The translations under genes and the position numbers were made by a program. Below, piece by piece: positions 23,600 through 35,830 of a stretch of DNA of 64,000 nucleotides. The stretch covers positions 94,264,409 through 94,328,408 of the forward strand of contig NC_068983.1 in the NCBI RefSeq assembly GCF_001194135.2, written 5' to 3'. Within the stretch, counting starts at the first letter, position 1; each line of letters starts with the position of its first letter. This DNA comes from Octopus bimaculoides (lineage: Eukaryota). The notes below the pieces were generated by a model, which made no database searches, was not told the DNA's origin, and saw nothing but the letters and a program-made list of their open reading frames with translations.

Positions 23600-24350
23600 C
23601 ATTCATGCACACTTGTATGATACATTGAGTGGAGTACACCCACTTCATTTCTTTCTATTTTTACAAATCCTCACCATTCAATATCCACACCTCACTAGCA
23701 TGTAGCATTGCATTTCATACACAAGCATTATACAATCTGCCCTTCACTCTGAGAGACAAAAACCCTTTGTTGCAAGTAGAGATAATAGTTCCCCAAACTT
23801 TTTCCAGCAAATTTTTGCTCTAGCTATTCTGCTTTCACAATGCCTCTCATCTTCTGTCAATCTGGTCCTCAAGCTGACAGAAACATTAGCACGCTGGGCG
23901 AAATGCTTAGCAGTATTTTGTCTGTCTTTATGTTCCGAGTTCAAATTCCACTGAGATTGACTTTGCCTTTCATCCTTTCGGTGTTGATAAAGTACCAGTT
24001 GCGTACTGGAGTCGATCTAATCGACTAGCCCCCTCCCCCAAAATTTCGGGCCTTGTGACTAGAGTAGAAAAGAATCTGGTCCTCAAGTAACAGAAGCTAC
24101 CAACTACTTCTAGAGAGCTTCCTGGGCACTGAAGGTAGTCTATTTCATGTATGCGTTTACTGCCCCTATGTGCCTGCCACCTGTGAAATTTACCTTTTCT
24201 GTTAGCCCACCTATGATCCCACTTCACCTCGTGTATCCATAGTTTACATTGGATACACAGCATGGAATTTTTACTTACTTTTCTATATATCAAGCATGAT
24301 ATATAGTGGTAGCAGGGTCCTGTCTCCTTTCCTACTCACTAATACTTCGG
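23600..24350 (-). mobile_element. Degraded RTE LINE RT fragment interrupted by a SINE
   Basis: Minus-strand pieces KTEVLVSRK, NSMLCIQCKLWIH, LEVVGSFCYL, CWKKFGELLSLLATKGF..VKGRLYNACV..MLHASEVW; same family as 1-291. Confidence 0.85.
23874..24072 (+). mobile_element. SINE (family B, Meta-domain-like core) with perfect 15-bp TSD
   Basis: AATCTGGTCCTCAAG at 23859-23873 and 24073-24087; core gactttgcctttcatcctttcggtgttgataaagtaccag. Confidence 0.88.
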
Positions 24351-27132
24351 TTTTATATAAGGGGCACACCATAGTCCTTGAGTGCTTTCAGTGAAGTTAG
24401 CTCTGTAATAAATGTTTTGTCCAGATATCATGTAGTCTGAGAATAACTTCATATTTCGAGGTGTTGTTTCCTAATGTACAAACCTATGAGTGGTAGTTTT
24501 CTTCCTTTCCCTACTGTCTTAGATGTCCTGCACACATCTTAGGTACTTCTTTTTCTATTGAGATTAGGTTATAAAAAGAATGTATGGGTGTAGTGTCAGA
24601 AAAAATGCTTTGCTCCATTTTTTCGGCTTATACACACACACAGAGGCGAATGAACGACTGACAGTTACGGAAACTGATAGAATTTCCTCTAATAAAATAA
24701 CTGTTTTGACTTCATTGGAGCAACCTCTAAATCACGATCCTCTCCATCTTTATTGTAGACATACTAGCCTTAGTTTTTTATGTGGTCATTGGTAATTCCC
24801 GTTTTGGAGATATAGGACATATTTAAGATAAATTTAGCTCCTATTTCTAACACGTTATTGTTTCGCTCCAGGCTGGATTTATTTCTGTAGACCTATGATT
24901 AAAGACACTTCAGTCGTGACTATATTGTTTTTATTTAGACGTAGAGTATATCAATCTAAATTGCTCTTACTTGAAGCCAGTAGGATGTATTTGAAGATAT
25001 GGCTGCTATTTCTAACTGCTTGAGGGACCAGGTTCCCTTATTTATTCGTATATAGTATAACTTGTATGTCTATTATATAAAAAATGATACCAACACACTA
25101 CTGTATGTCATTTGCTAAATATCTGGCTGCTATTTTTTGCTGGTCGAGTTGTCACACAGATGCTCTTTCGTTAGCTTGACATTCAACAGGTCAAGCAACT
25201 ATGTCGAAACTTTCCCGCTAATTAACCAGAATTACCATGCAATTATTCACAAAGTGAATAAATCTTTAGTATATCTTCTTTAAAGATTATGTGTAAAACA
25301 CACAAAAAATACAGAGAGGTTACAAAAATGTGTGTCGTCATATTTGATAGTTCCAATTTAATAATATATTAAATTGGAACTGAGAATGATTTATTGATAT
25401 TGCGAACGCATTCTTGAGAAAATAGAGAAAACGAAGAAAAATGGTGAAACAAAACTATTAACACAATGACTATAAGGAAAGCAGATTTGTGTGGAAAATC
25501 AATAAATTAATTAGTTTAAGCAAGATACCAACAATAAACAGAAACATCTAACTAGTATGCAATAATGTAAAGCAATCATCTGACGCCCTGTTTTTGAAAA
25601 TTAAGAAGAGATAGTTATTTCTTTATAAGTCATTTAAAAAAATGGTTTATACGTCTTTGAAACAAGTAATAGACGACAAAGTTGTGAATAGGAAACTATT
25701 TTCCCTATTCACCGTCCGGTTTTCAGCAGTGAACTGAAGGTCAAGGCCACCCAATAGGGAAACTAATCGGCATGTAGCGAAGGTCAAGGTAGCAGAAGAA
25801 ATACAAGCAAACTTCATTCAGTTCGAAGAGTTATTCATTTAGAAATTCTCTTCACTCTTTTTTTCTCCTTGTCATTATTAAATATTTCTAACGAGCTACA
25901 TTAGATATTTTTCCAGTTTAATTAATTATTTCTGTTCAACTTCAAAACTTTTCTGTAATCACTGCTCTAATCACTCTGGACTCGCAGTCTTCCTGACAGC
26001 ATTACCCGCCTTTTTTCTCTTCCGTTCTATTTTTCTTTCCTTCGCTCTCTAGATCCATTAGGTTTGCTTGCCTACATTTCACACTCACTAAGAGCAAACT
26101 TATAAGCATTGCTTCTGTTATAAAAAAGAAAGAAAATTATCAAATTACTATTATATATAATCTTTTAGTGGTTTAGTGAACTTCTTCTGTATCTTCGTTG
26201 ATAACTTACAACTGATTTCACATTACGGATCTTTCAAATCGCGTCGTCTTAAAAAATACTAAACAAAAACACATACTAAAGGTTATTAACTTATATTTAA
26301 CCTCTTCTTGTTATTGTAATATTTACATTTTCTTTTACAATTTCTGTGCTCCTTAATTCCTTTTATCTGCCACAAAATAATAACCTTTACTGTATTGCCT
26401 TCAACTCTTTCTCTTTCTATATATACAGGTTAAGCACAAAATGGAGATCTAAGATCACCTAATTACTGGAAATACCTGCCTAGATATTTGAATTTAAATG
26501 ATATTTGGAGGCGAAAACCTATTGATTAATGGAAAGAAGTAGCCAAGAAAATACTCTCTGAACGAATCTGTTCGTACCCGTTGTGGTACAAGTCCATTTT
26601 AGCATATCTGATCAGGGTGGGTCACTAAGTAGATCTGCCGATCAATTATTATATATATGGTATTATTGATCATTCAATTTTCTTATTTATCATTAACTCT
26701 AATTTTTCACGTACACAGTAAAGTTTTGCGAGTGAGTGCCTACTACATCTGTGTCTAATTACTTGACTTAGAATTATGAAAAGTATATAGTTGATGATCA
26801 GTAAATAGATTATATTTAATTATTCAATATTTTACTGCTGTATACTTTAACTACATTAAGGAATATTTATAAACTTAAACGGGTCGGCAACACCTTTAGG
26901 ATTTTGTTTAAAGACATTTTGTCTCGGCCATTGTACTTACTACTAGTAAGTAGTACAACTCAGTATGTTTATCTATACACTTGAGAAATATTTTCCTTTT
27001 ATTTTTGCTTGATTCAGTTCTCATTTTCTCATTTCGGTTTATTTTTAATTCATTTGAAGCAAGCTCTGAGTACAGACGACCAAAATTGAGAATAAACCGT
27101 TGCATCTATAGAGAAAAAAAGGGCTAAATACA

Positions 27133-27302
27133 ATGGCGCACCCTCAGCAAGAGAGCTCTGGTGGAAGACGGAAAAATCCGTGTGAAGTTGAAGATGATGA
27201 AGAAGATGGGAAGAATCTTGCTCAACGATCTCATTTGGCTGGGGAATCTAGTGGATGTATCTCCTATCCAGCATCATTGACAGGAGATAATAGGATTGCT
27301 AC
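27133..27302 (+). CDS. RB1: Retinoblastoma-family protein (RB1 type), first coding exon
   Basis: caATGG start in a CpG-containing region; MAHPQQESSGGRRKNPCEVEDDEEDGKNLAQRSHLAGESSGCISYPASLTGDNRIA(T); GTAAGT donor; 170 nt, ends in phase 2 and fits the next exon. The sequence itself is poorly conserved; assigned by phase and position. Confidence 0.75.
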
Positions 27303-27894
27303 GTAAGTATAGTCGCTTTTATGAAGTGAAAGATCCATGTCAAATATGTAATGGTGTGAAAATCAGTACCCCAATTAATTGGTATTTATGTTGTTTATTT
27401 AACAATGTTTCAGTTTAGTGGAACTGTTTGTTTATTACTCGATGATAAAAATATTAGCTGCTTTCTTTAGGTTATAGTGAACTGTTGAGGATTTCATGGA
27501 ATCGAAAATCCCATCGTCAACTAAGAGCATTAAATATAACCTTCGTTTGAACATTTTAATAATGGATGTGGTCATACGCAATGAAAGAGGTGCTTCATTT
27601 ATGCTTTGATATGTCATTTTACAGAACTGTCCTTAGTGCAGTGTATCTTATATATTCAACTTTATAGCTCTTATGAAATAAAAGTAAACTTTCATATGTT
27701 TGTCATTTATTTTATAGAACTGTTGCCTTAATCCGATGACATGATTTTGTGTATTCAAAAGGATAAAAATATATATTTATTCTATATATATATANNNNNN
27801 NNNNNNNNNNNNNNNNNNNNNNNNNNNNNNNNNNNNNNNNNNNNNNNNNNNNNNNNNNNNNNNNNNNNNNNNNNNNNNNNNNNNNNNNNNNNNN

Positions 27895-27934
<40 letters not shown>

Positions 27935-28369
27935 GTGTATGTATGTATATATGTATAGTAGAATAAAGGTATAAGTAAGTAAATATGTGGTATTAGATTA
28001 TGACATTTATATATTTACACATTAACGAAACTTTAGGGTAGAAATGTATGTAACATTCATTTTTACCCTGAAGTTTTGTCAATGTTTAAATGTCATTAAT
28101 CTGATCTGATACCTGTTGTTTGCCAGTTTAGACTTTTATCGTATTATGCATATACCAGCTTGATTGAAACATAGCTGATAGCCAATCTTCATTAAGGCAG
28201 CTGTAACATCCCTGCATTTTTAGTTGCAGTTCAAGTTGGAGTTTAAGCAGCAAGTCAGTCTGAACACTGATTTTATGTATCTACTAACTTATGTCCTCAG
28301 ATGTAATGCTACCAGGATTTTATTTATACATGCATATTATACATATACACAAGTGTGTATGTGTGTGTG

Positions 28370-28419
<50 letters not shown>

Positions 28420-29090
28420 CATACATACACAGATGTGCATGTGTGTATCATACTAGTATGGAAAACAGATGTTAAAGGATGATGATGAGAGGCACTGGTG
28501 TGGTTGCATGGTAAGAAGTTTGGTTCTCAACCTCATGGTCCTGGGATCAGTCCTACTGTATAGCACTTTGAGCAAGTGTCTTTTGCTATAGTCTTGTGAT
28601 GACCAACATTTTGTAAGTGGATTTAGTAGATAGAAACTGATTGAAGCCTGTCATTTATATGTGTGTGTGTGTGTACACGTCTGGACATGGGGAAATATTA
28701 TTACTTGGTGAGGGTTGGTGACAAGAATGGCATCTGGCCTTAGAAAATCTGCTTCAACAAATTCTGTCTGACTGATGCAAGTATGGAAAAGTGGATGGTA
28801 AATGGTAATATATATATATATGTATGTATGTGTACACACATGCACAATAGGCTTCTTCCAGTTTCCGTCCAGGAAATTGACTTGGAGTTACAGTAGAAGA
28901 AACTTGCCTAAGGTGTTGTACTGAGACTAAATTTCTCAAGCATATAACCATGTCTATGCCTATATGTGTGTGGTTAAGAAGCTAGCTACTCAACCATCTG
29001 ATTCTGCATGTGTGTGTGTGTGTGTTTATATATATTTATATATGTATATAGGGATACCATGTGTAGTCTTTTTTCTTAGAAACCTATTTC

Positions 29091-29127
<37 letters not shown>

Positions 29128-29269
29128 TGCACACATACACATGTACATACTCTTTTACTCATCTTAGCCATGTGGCCATGGTCATGCTGGAGCACCACCA
29201 TGACATATACATTTTATATATATATATATATATATACTCTTTTCTCTTTTTTTCCTCTTTCCATCATTT

Positions 29270-29800
29270 TGAATCCAGGTTTTATCCCCATTAACAGGGG
29301 TGGCCAGATCTACCTCAATGCCATGGCAGCTGCCCTCACACCATCTTGCCATCTTGCCCAGTTTTGGGCATCCTCCCTTCTCAAGCCAACCCTCTCAATC
29401 TCCTCCACATTTTCCTCAGTCTACCTCGCTTTCGTTGTCCATTTACCTCAAACTCTAGCACCCTCCTCAGAACATGCTCCTCATCCCTCCTCAACACATG
29501 CCCATATCACCGCACTCCATTCGCCTTTGCCAGCTGTTCCACTGACCCCTCCAACTCCAGCATCCTCATTAAGTCCTCAGTCCTCTTCTTATCAAACAGC
29601 CTCTCACCACACATTTCTCTCACCATTGCTCTTTCAGTCCATCTCAAATTTGCCATCTCTCTCTCTCTCTCTCAAACACCATGTCTCACTCCCTTACAGC
29701 ATTGCAGCTCTCACACAACTCCTGTAGACTTTCCCATTCGTCTTCAATGAGAACCTTTTCCGGTATAATAATGCTCCACATTCCCTGAACTTCACCCATA
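29270..29800 (-). mobile_element. RTE LINE ORF2 C-terminal fragment (second subfamily)
   Basis: WVKFRECGALLYRKRFSLKTNGKVYRSCVRAAML*GSETW...ANGVR*YGHVLRRDEEHVLRRVLEFEVNGQRKRGR; in-frame stops; boundaries approximate. Confidence 0.85.
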
Positions 29801-29994
29801 CATATGTACATTATATATGTACACACACACACACACACGCACACACACATCCGTATGTACATACACACAAATATATATAGGTACAGGTGTGGCTATTTGC
29901 TTGAGAAGTTAGGTTCAAGTTGGGTCCACTGCACAGTGTCCTAGGGGTACATCCACTACCATCCGGGCTGTATATATTTGTGTGTATACATCAT

Positions 29995-29996
<2 letters not shown>

Positions 29997-30054
<58 letters not shown>

Positions 30055-30130
30055 ATATATANNNNNNNNNNNNNNNNNNNNNNNNNNNNNNNNNNNNNNN
30101 NNNNNNNNNNNNNNNNNNNNNNNNNNNNNN

Positions 30131-30217
<87 letters not shown>
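29997..30217. repeat. Compound microsatellite (ATCT)n-(TA)n-gap-(TA)n-(GT)n
   Basis: Direct reading; N gap 30062-30130. Confidence 0.95.
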
Positions 30218-30299
30218 TGAAGGAAATTGAAGATGTTTACCACACTGCAAGCACTTGAACCCTATCCAGCCTCAACTTGATCAGTTGAAAAAGAAATCC

Positions 30300-31850
30300 T
30301 GAAATGCAATTCTCAGTAAGTCTCAATATGCAAGACAGTATCATGAAGCATAAAGAATTTATGTATATTATGTCAGCTATATGCATTAAAATTTTGCCAG
30401 AGTGAAGAATAATACTCACAGAAATATTATTCTTAGAGACAAGAGTGTACTTATATAATGACAAAGCAAGATCTCAGATGGTTTGAAGAAACAACTTGGT
30501 GACAGCAGTGAGTCCCTCTTAAAATTGGCACTTTCAGTAATGGAAAATAAACACTGATTCAAAACATGACAATGAGAAGAAAGAGAAACCACAGCAGTTA
30601 CAAATATAAAAATGAACTCTGAGGCTTAAATATCAGCAAAAGAATCTGTTTCATTGTGTTACATGATAAGGCCACTGTTTAGAGAAAATAGTTCAGTAGC
30701 TGCAGGATAAGTGAAATATTAAATAAAACAATTTCAAAATGTTTTCACTTTTCCATTGAGAGATATGCAAGTGAATAGACCTGATGAGTTCTTCAATGCC
30801 ACAGCTTTACACAGGAAGAGGTAACCATTGATTACATCAATGTAAGGAGAAGAATGTAATATCAGCCATTGATAAGATGGGCTTGAACTTAGTAACAAGT
30901 GCTGACGGTTTTTCATCAATCCATTTAAAGATATATTCTGACAAAACCACTGCAGATACTTTTCCAGAGTTTCTTTGTATGCAAGAAATTTCCCAGTAAT
31001 TCAAACGGTGTCATATGCCCTATCCGGAAATAAAGAAGCAGAGCAGAAACTTAAAATTACAGGCCTGTCTCTCTGACCTCACGCATCAGCAAAGTCATGG
31101 AACCTGATCACATTCCTTGAAGAAAATAGGTTGTTCACTGACATGGAGTGTGGTTCCTGTCTGAGGAGGAGCTGGCTCACAACTTCTCCAGGTATAAGAC
31201 TGGGTACTGAAACGACAGCTCAGTCATTTAAATCTTGATGTGATTCATCTTTGCCAAATCATTTGATAAAGTTGATAATGAAATGATGTGTCACAAACTG
31301 TGTGATTTTGACATAGTTGGAAAACTAAAGGAATGGCTGCATGGCTTTTAAAAGGTAGGAGTCAGGAAGTTGCAACCAATAGTGCATTCTGAGGAGACAT
31401 CAATTTGTAGAGGAGTCCCTCAGGGAACTGTATTGAGACCACTATTGTTTGTGTTGGCACTCTCAGAATGCTTTCATTTACACAATTATTGTCTTCAGCT
31501 GTGCTGATGATACAAAAGTATCACAGGCAGTCATGAATTTTGATAATAATGCAAAACTACAGGAAGATCTGAAGGAAACGTCATACAGTTCAATGCTGAA
31601 AAATTTCAAGTGCTTCATTATCAGCTTATAAACAGAATGTGATCGGAATACACAGGACCAAGGACTATGCATTCTCTGAGTCAAAATCAGTGTGTAATCT
31701 AAGAATGTACATGAATAATGGTGCCTCATTCCACGTACTTATTACTAAGAGGGGAACAATGTACAGGTGACTGGCTAGTTGGATTCTGAAATCATTTAGA
31801 AGATTCCCAAATATGGTCATTAGCTAGAGTTAACAGAGGAGCTTGAGGCA
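30300..31850 (+). mobile_element. Degraded CR1/L2/jockey-like LINE reverse-transcriptase remnant
   Basis: Motif remnants NYRPVSLTSRISKVME, FAKSFDKVDN, GVPQGTVLRPLLF, ADDTK, FNAEKFQVLHY spread across frameshifts (about 31040-31640); outer limits approximate. Confidence 0.78.
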
Positions 31851-32039
31851 ATACAATGTTGGTACACTAGAAAATTGCCTCGGTGCAACAGATGAGCAAC
31901 TGGCAGAGAGTAAAAGAGATAAGGGTCCATGCTAAGCAGTCATGAAATAGAACAGAGGTTACAGTTGCTTAAAAGAGGCTCTTTTTCATATCTGGAAACC
32001 TAAATTTCCACAGTAGAGACAACTTGTTGACAGCAGCCC

Positions 32040-32350
32040 AGACTTTAACAGTGCATGTTTTTACGTCACTGATTGGATGGAACTTCCACTCACATGCTAA
32101 GAATTGTTTTGAATGTCACTTGGAGAGATTGCTTGACTAATGAATGGTTGTATGGGAACTTGTCCTCCAGTATCAGAGACATCATCAAAGAGTGTAGAGT
32201 CAGATTTGTAGGGCATTGCTGGAGAGCTAAAGACAAAATTGTTAGTGAAGTTTTTTTTTTTTTTTTTTTTTTTTGTGGGAGCCTACACAAAGAAGACTTA
32301 GCAGTGGATGACAAGCGAAGACCTATGTCCAGCAGATTTGTGACAACATG
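32040..32350 (+). mobile_element. RTE-like LINE post-RT fragment
   Basis: DGTSTHMLRIVLNVTWRDCLTNEWLYGNL..IRDIIKECRVRFVGHCWRAKDKIVSE resembles the RTE consensus LDGxYTRMLRxxLNISW...RRLRFAGHCxR. Confidence 0.75.
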
Positions 32351-32619
32351 AACTGCTGAATATGATGAACAATAGAATTGGATGACAACAGAAAGTCACT
32401 GCAATCCATACAGGCAGTGCAACCAGATTATAATTACACACACATAGTTCAAATTTATAGAAAACAAAGACGAAGATAGGTTTAATACTCAGGAATATTG
32501 TAAAAATCGTTGATGTTTTGAGATTACATTCTTTGACAAAGGGATGAGAGGGGAAAAAACGGAGAGAGAAAAATGTAGGGATTAATGGTTCAATATGATG
32601 AAATGGTTGGAAGAAAGAA

Positions 32620-32622
<3 letters not shown>

Positions 32623-32659
<37 letters not shown>

Positions 32660-32663
32660 CATG

Positions 32664-32753
<90 letters not shown>

Positions 32754-32762
32754 TACATATAT
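32623..32762. repeat. Compound (TA)n/(CA)n microsatellite
   Basis: Direct reading. Confidence 0.95.
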
Positions 32763-33429
32763 GGAAGATTCCCATCTCTCATCTACCTCTTGAGCACCTC
32801 TCTTTCACTCATTTCCCCATTCTCTCAAATCATCTCATCCCTCAATCAATCAATGCACTAGCTCTACATGTGAAGGACTATATTGGTTTCTCTTTTATTT
32901 ACCTCTGCACATTTTTCTTCCTCCATCCATCTCTCAGCTCACTTCATTCATCATCCTATCATATCTCTCATCTGTCCATGCTCATCACTGTGTCCACTTA
33001 CACATCTGTTGTCTCATCACTTGTGATGTTCATTTGCTTGGCTGCTGCCATCCTTTACTCTTTGCCTGTCAGTGTCCGTTTTACTCTCTTCAGCTTCTTT
33101 GCTTCTTCTCTTCTCAACGAGTCTTTCTGGAACCTCACCATCCTCATCCAGTCTCTGTCTTTCATGTTCCCTTCCTTATTCACCTTCAATTTTGCTTTTT
33201 TATTTTGGGGGTAGCCCTGCTAGGTACAGTCATGGTTGTATTGTTAAGAGTTTTACTGCACAGCCACATAGTTTTGGGTTCTGTACCACTGCACCTCACC
33301 CTATGCAAGTATCTTCTGCTATGACTCAGGTTCAAACAATATCTTGTGAGGGAATTTAGTAAATGAAAACTGTATGAAGCCAGTCTTATTCATCTTGTAT
33401 ATATGTGTGTGTGTGTGTTTGAATATCAG

Positions 33430-33840
33430 TCATCATTCATTTAGCATGTTTTGCATGCTGGTATGAGTAAGACAGTGTAGAACTGGTAAACTGGAGAGTT
33501 GCACCAGGCCCCAGTCTGTTTTGGCTTGGTTTCCTATGGCTGGATGCCCTTCCTAATGCCAACCACTCCACAGTGTATCGCCTTTTACATGTCACCGGCA
33601 TGGGTTCCTTTTGCGTGTCACTAGCACAGGTGTCTTTTGCATGTCGCCGGCACAGGTACCTTTTATGTGTCACTAGCATGGGTGCCTTCTATGTTTCACC
33701 AGCATGAGTGCTTTTTACATGTTACTGGTGTGGTGCATCTCGTGTGTCACTGGTATGAATGCCCTTCACATGCACCGGCACTGGCCATGGCTGTGATTTC
33801 ACTTAGTTTGGCATGTCTTTTCAAGTCTCGGTCACTTGTC
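33430..33840 (-). mobile_element. RTE 3' UTR copy with degenerate internal repeats
   Basis: catcattcatttagcatgttttgcatgc...ggatgcccttcctaatgccaaccactc; related copies at 23105-23207 (+), 34070-34392 (+), 39370-39680 (-) and 61340-61680 (-). Confidence 0.7.
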
Positions 33841-34399
33841 ATCACTTCTGTGAGACTCATATTTTGTTTGTTACCATTTAAGGGAAACAGTGGTAATGTT
33901 TACATTTTGTGATAACATCATGACCTGTCTTTTTGTGCTTACAGAGATCTTGGAATACAAAAATCCCTTAATTGATAAACAGGTGAAGTCTAAGTCTTAC
34001 TTCAAAATCATTTCCTGTCAAAGCAATGCTAGAATGGAAAAATGAATGTTAAAGCATAATGATGCACATTGGCTCCCGTGCCGGTAACACTTGAAAAGCA
34101 CCATTCGAGCATGATCATAGCCAGCGTCGCCATACCGGCACATGTGCCAGTGGCACATGAAAAACAACATTCAAGCGTGGTCGTTGCCAGAACCGCCTGA
34201 CTGGCCCTCGTGCTGGTGGCATGTAAAAAGCACCCACTACACTCTCGGAGTGGTTGGCATTAGGAATGGCATCCAGCTGTAGAAACTTTGCCAGACCAAA
34301 TTGAGCCTGGTGCAGCCTCTGACTCACCAGTCTTTAGTCAAACCGTCCAACTCATGTCAGCATGGAAAGCGGACGTTAAATGATGATGATGATAAAACC

Positions 34400-35830
34400 T
34401 GTCCAAGTGCATGGATAGGTTTTATTGTTAGGAGTGTGTGACATGCAGGGGATGGTGTGAATGTGTTTATGTGGTTATTTCAGAAGAGGATGAGTGGTGT
34501 ATTGTTGAAAGTGTATAGCTTTGGAGTGTGGAAAAATGAAATGCTGCTCTCTGTGAAGTCTGCTGTTCATGAATCGAGTGTGTAAGGCGAAGCTGAACAT
34601 ATTAAGATATTGTGTTGAGTGGTTTCCTGAGTAGAAGTTTGAGAGAATGAGGTCTTGTTTCTGCAATGGATGTTGTAAAGATGTTTCTTGAATTGGTCAG
34701 TTAAGCAGTGGCTGGTGTTGGAAATATGGGTGAAGGAATCTGGAATATAGAAGTTGCAGTGGTTGAGTCCTGTGAGAGAGGTGTTGTTGGTGAGGAATGG
34801 ACAAGTGTTACAATGGGACCAAGAACAAGGGAATATCCAAGAAAAGCAGGAGAGGATGATGGAAAGGAGCTATAGACTAATAAATTGCATGGGTTGGGTT
34901 CACTCAAATGAAGTGGATTAAGTAAATGGAAGACAGTGGTAGAATTGGACTGGGGGAGGTAGAGGTCATGTTTGATGTGAGTGGAGTGAAATAAGGGAAA
35001 GTCAAGGTTAGAATGACACTTGGTGCATTTATCAAAGGTGGTGGTGGTGGTGAGAATGTAGTCATGGGTTTGATGGAGATAGATATTATCTACAAAGTTA
35101 ACAGATTTCTGAGATGATAAAGATGAGTTTAAGGGAAGGGTGAAAGGAGTTGACAAATGTGGAGTTGTTCCCAACAGAGAGAGAGAGAGAGAGAGAGATG
35201 CTGCTAATACAATCATGTGTATAGCGACCATATTGTTATGGAATAGATCTTGTGAATTGTGAGAAGATTTGGATCTCAATGTAGCCAACAAACAGTTCCC
35301 AAAGCAACTCCAGATTATTGTTGATGGAATCATTTAACTGCAAAAGAAAGACAACTGTCTTTCTTTTGCAGTTATGGGGGAGAGTATGGCTACTGGGTTG
35401 GAAGATGATCTGATGGTTGAGGAATTGTTTGGGGATGCAAAGGGACCATCATTGTGAGGAATGACAGGAGATAAAGATTTAATGTCCATTGTTAAAAGGG
35501 GACAGGAAGGAAAAAAAAGTTGAAAGGCATGGTTGATGTCATAGATGTGAAACAGGAGGGAAGCGACTAAGGATGAAGTGGAGGGACTTGGATATCTGTT
35601 TAGTAAGGCATTTACAAGTGAAGAGAATATGGAGTAGCTATGGCTGTTAGGTTTATGAATTTTGGGGAGTTAGTGTGGGGTCAGTAGTGATGTGGAGGGG
35701 GGGGAGAAGTTTGTAGATAGTGAAGGACAAGCTGTGGTAGGTAGATGTGGAGTTGAAGGGCAGAGGGCAATAAAAAGTGGTAGGTTGAAGCTCCTCTGTC
35801 TTGTAGATGTTGGCACCTCATACCACCACA
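34400..35830 (-). mobile_element. Degraded Penelope-like element (RT region to GIY-YIG end)
   Basis: Minus-strand remnants PQIHKPN (PKIHK), TMDIKSL..VIPHNDG (TMDIxSLYTxIP) and SGVALGT (GVAMG); many frameshifts; limits approximate. Confidence 0.7.

Noticed and set aside
13600-27000. Search for exons of the human intervening genes NUDT15, MED4 and ITM2B, or any other host gene
   Set aside because: No recognisable coding segments by eye on either strand; ORFs at 15244 and 15959 show no family motifs. Small diverged exons could be missed; tBLASTn would settle it
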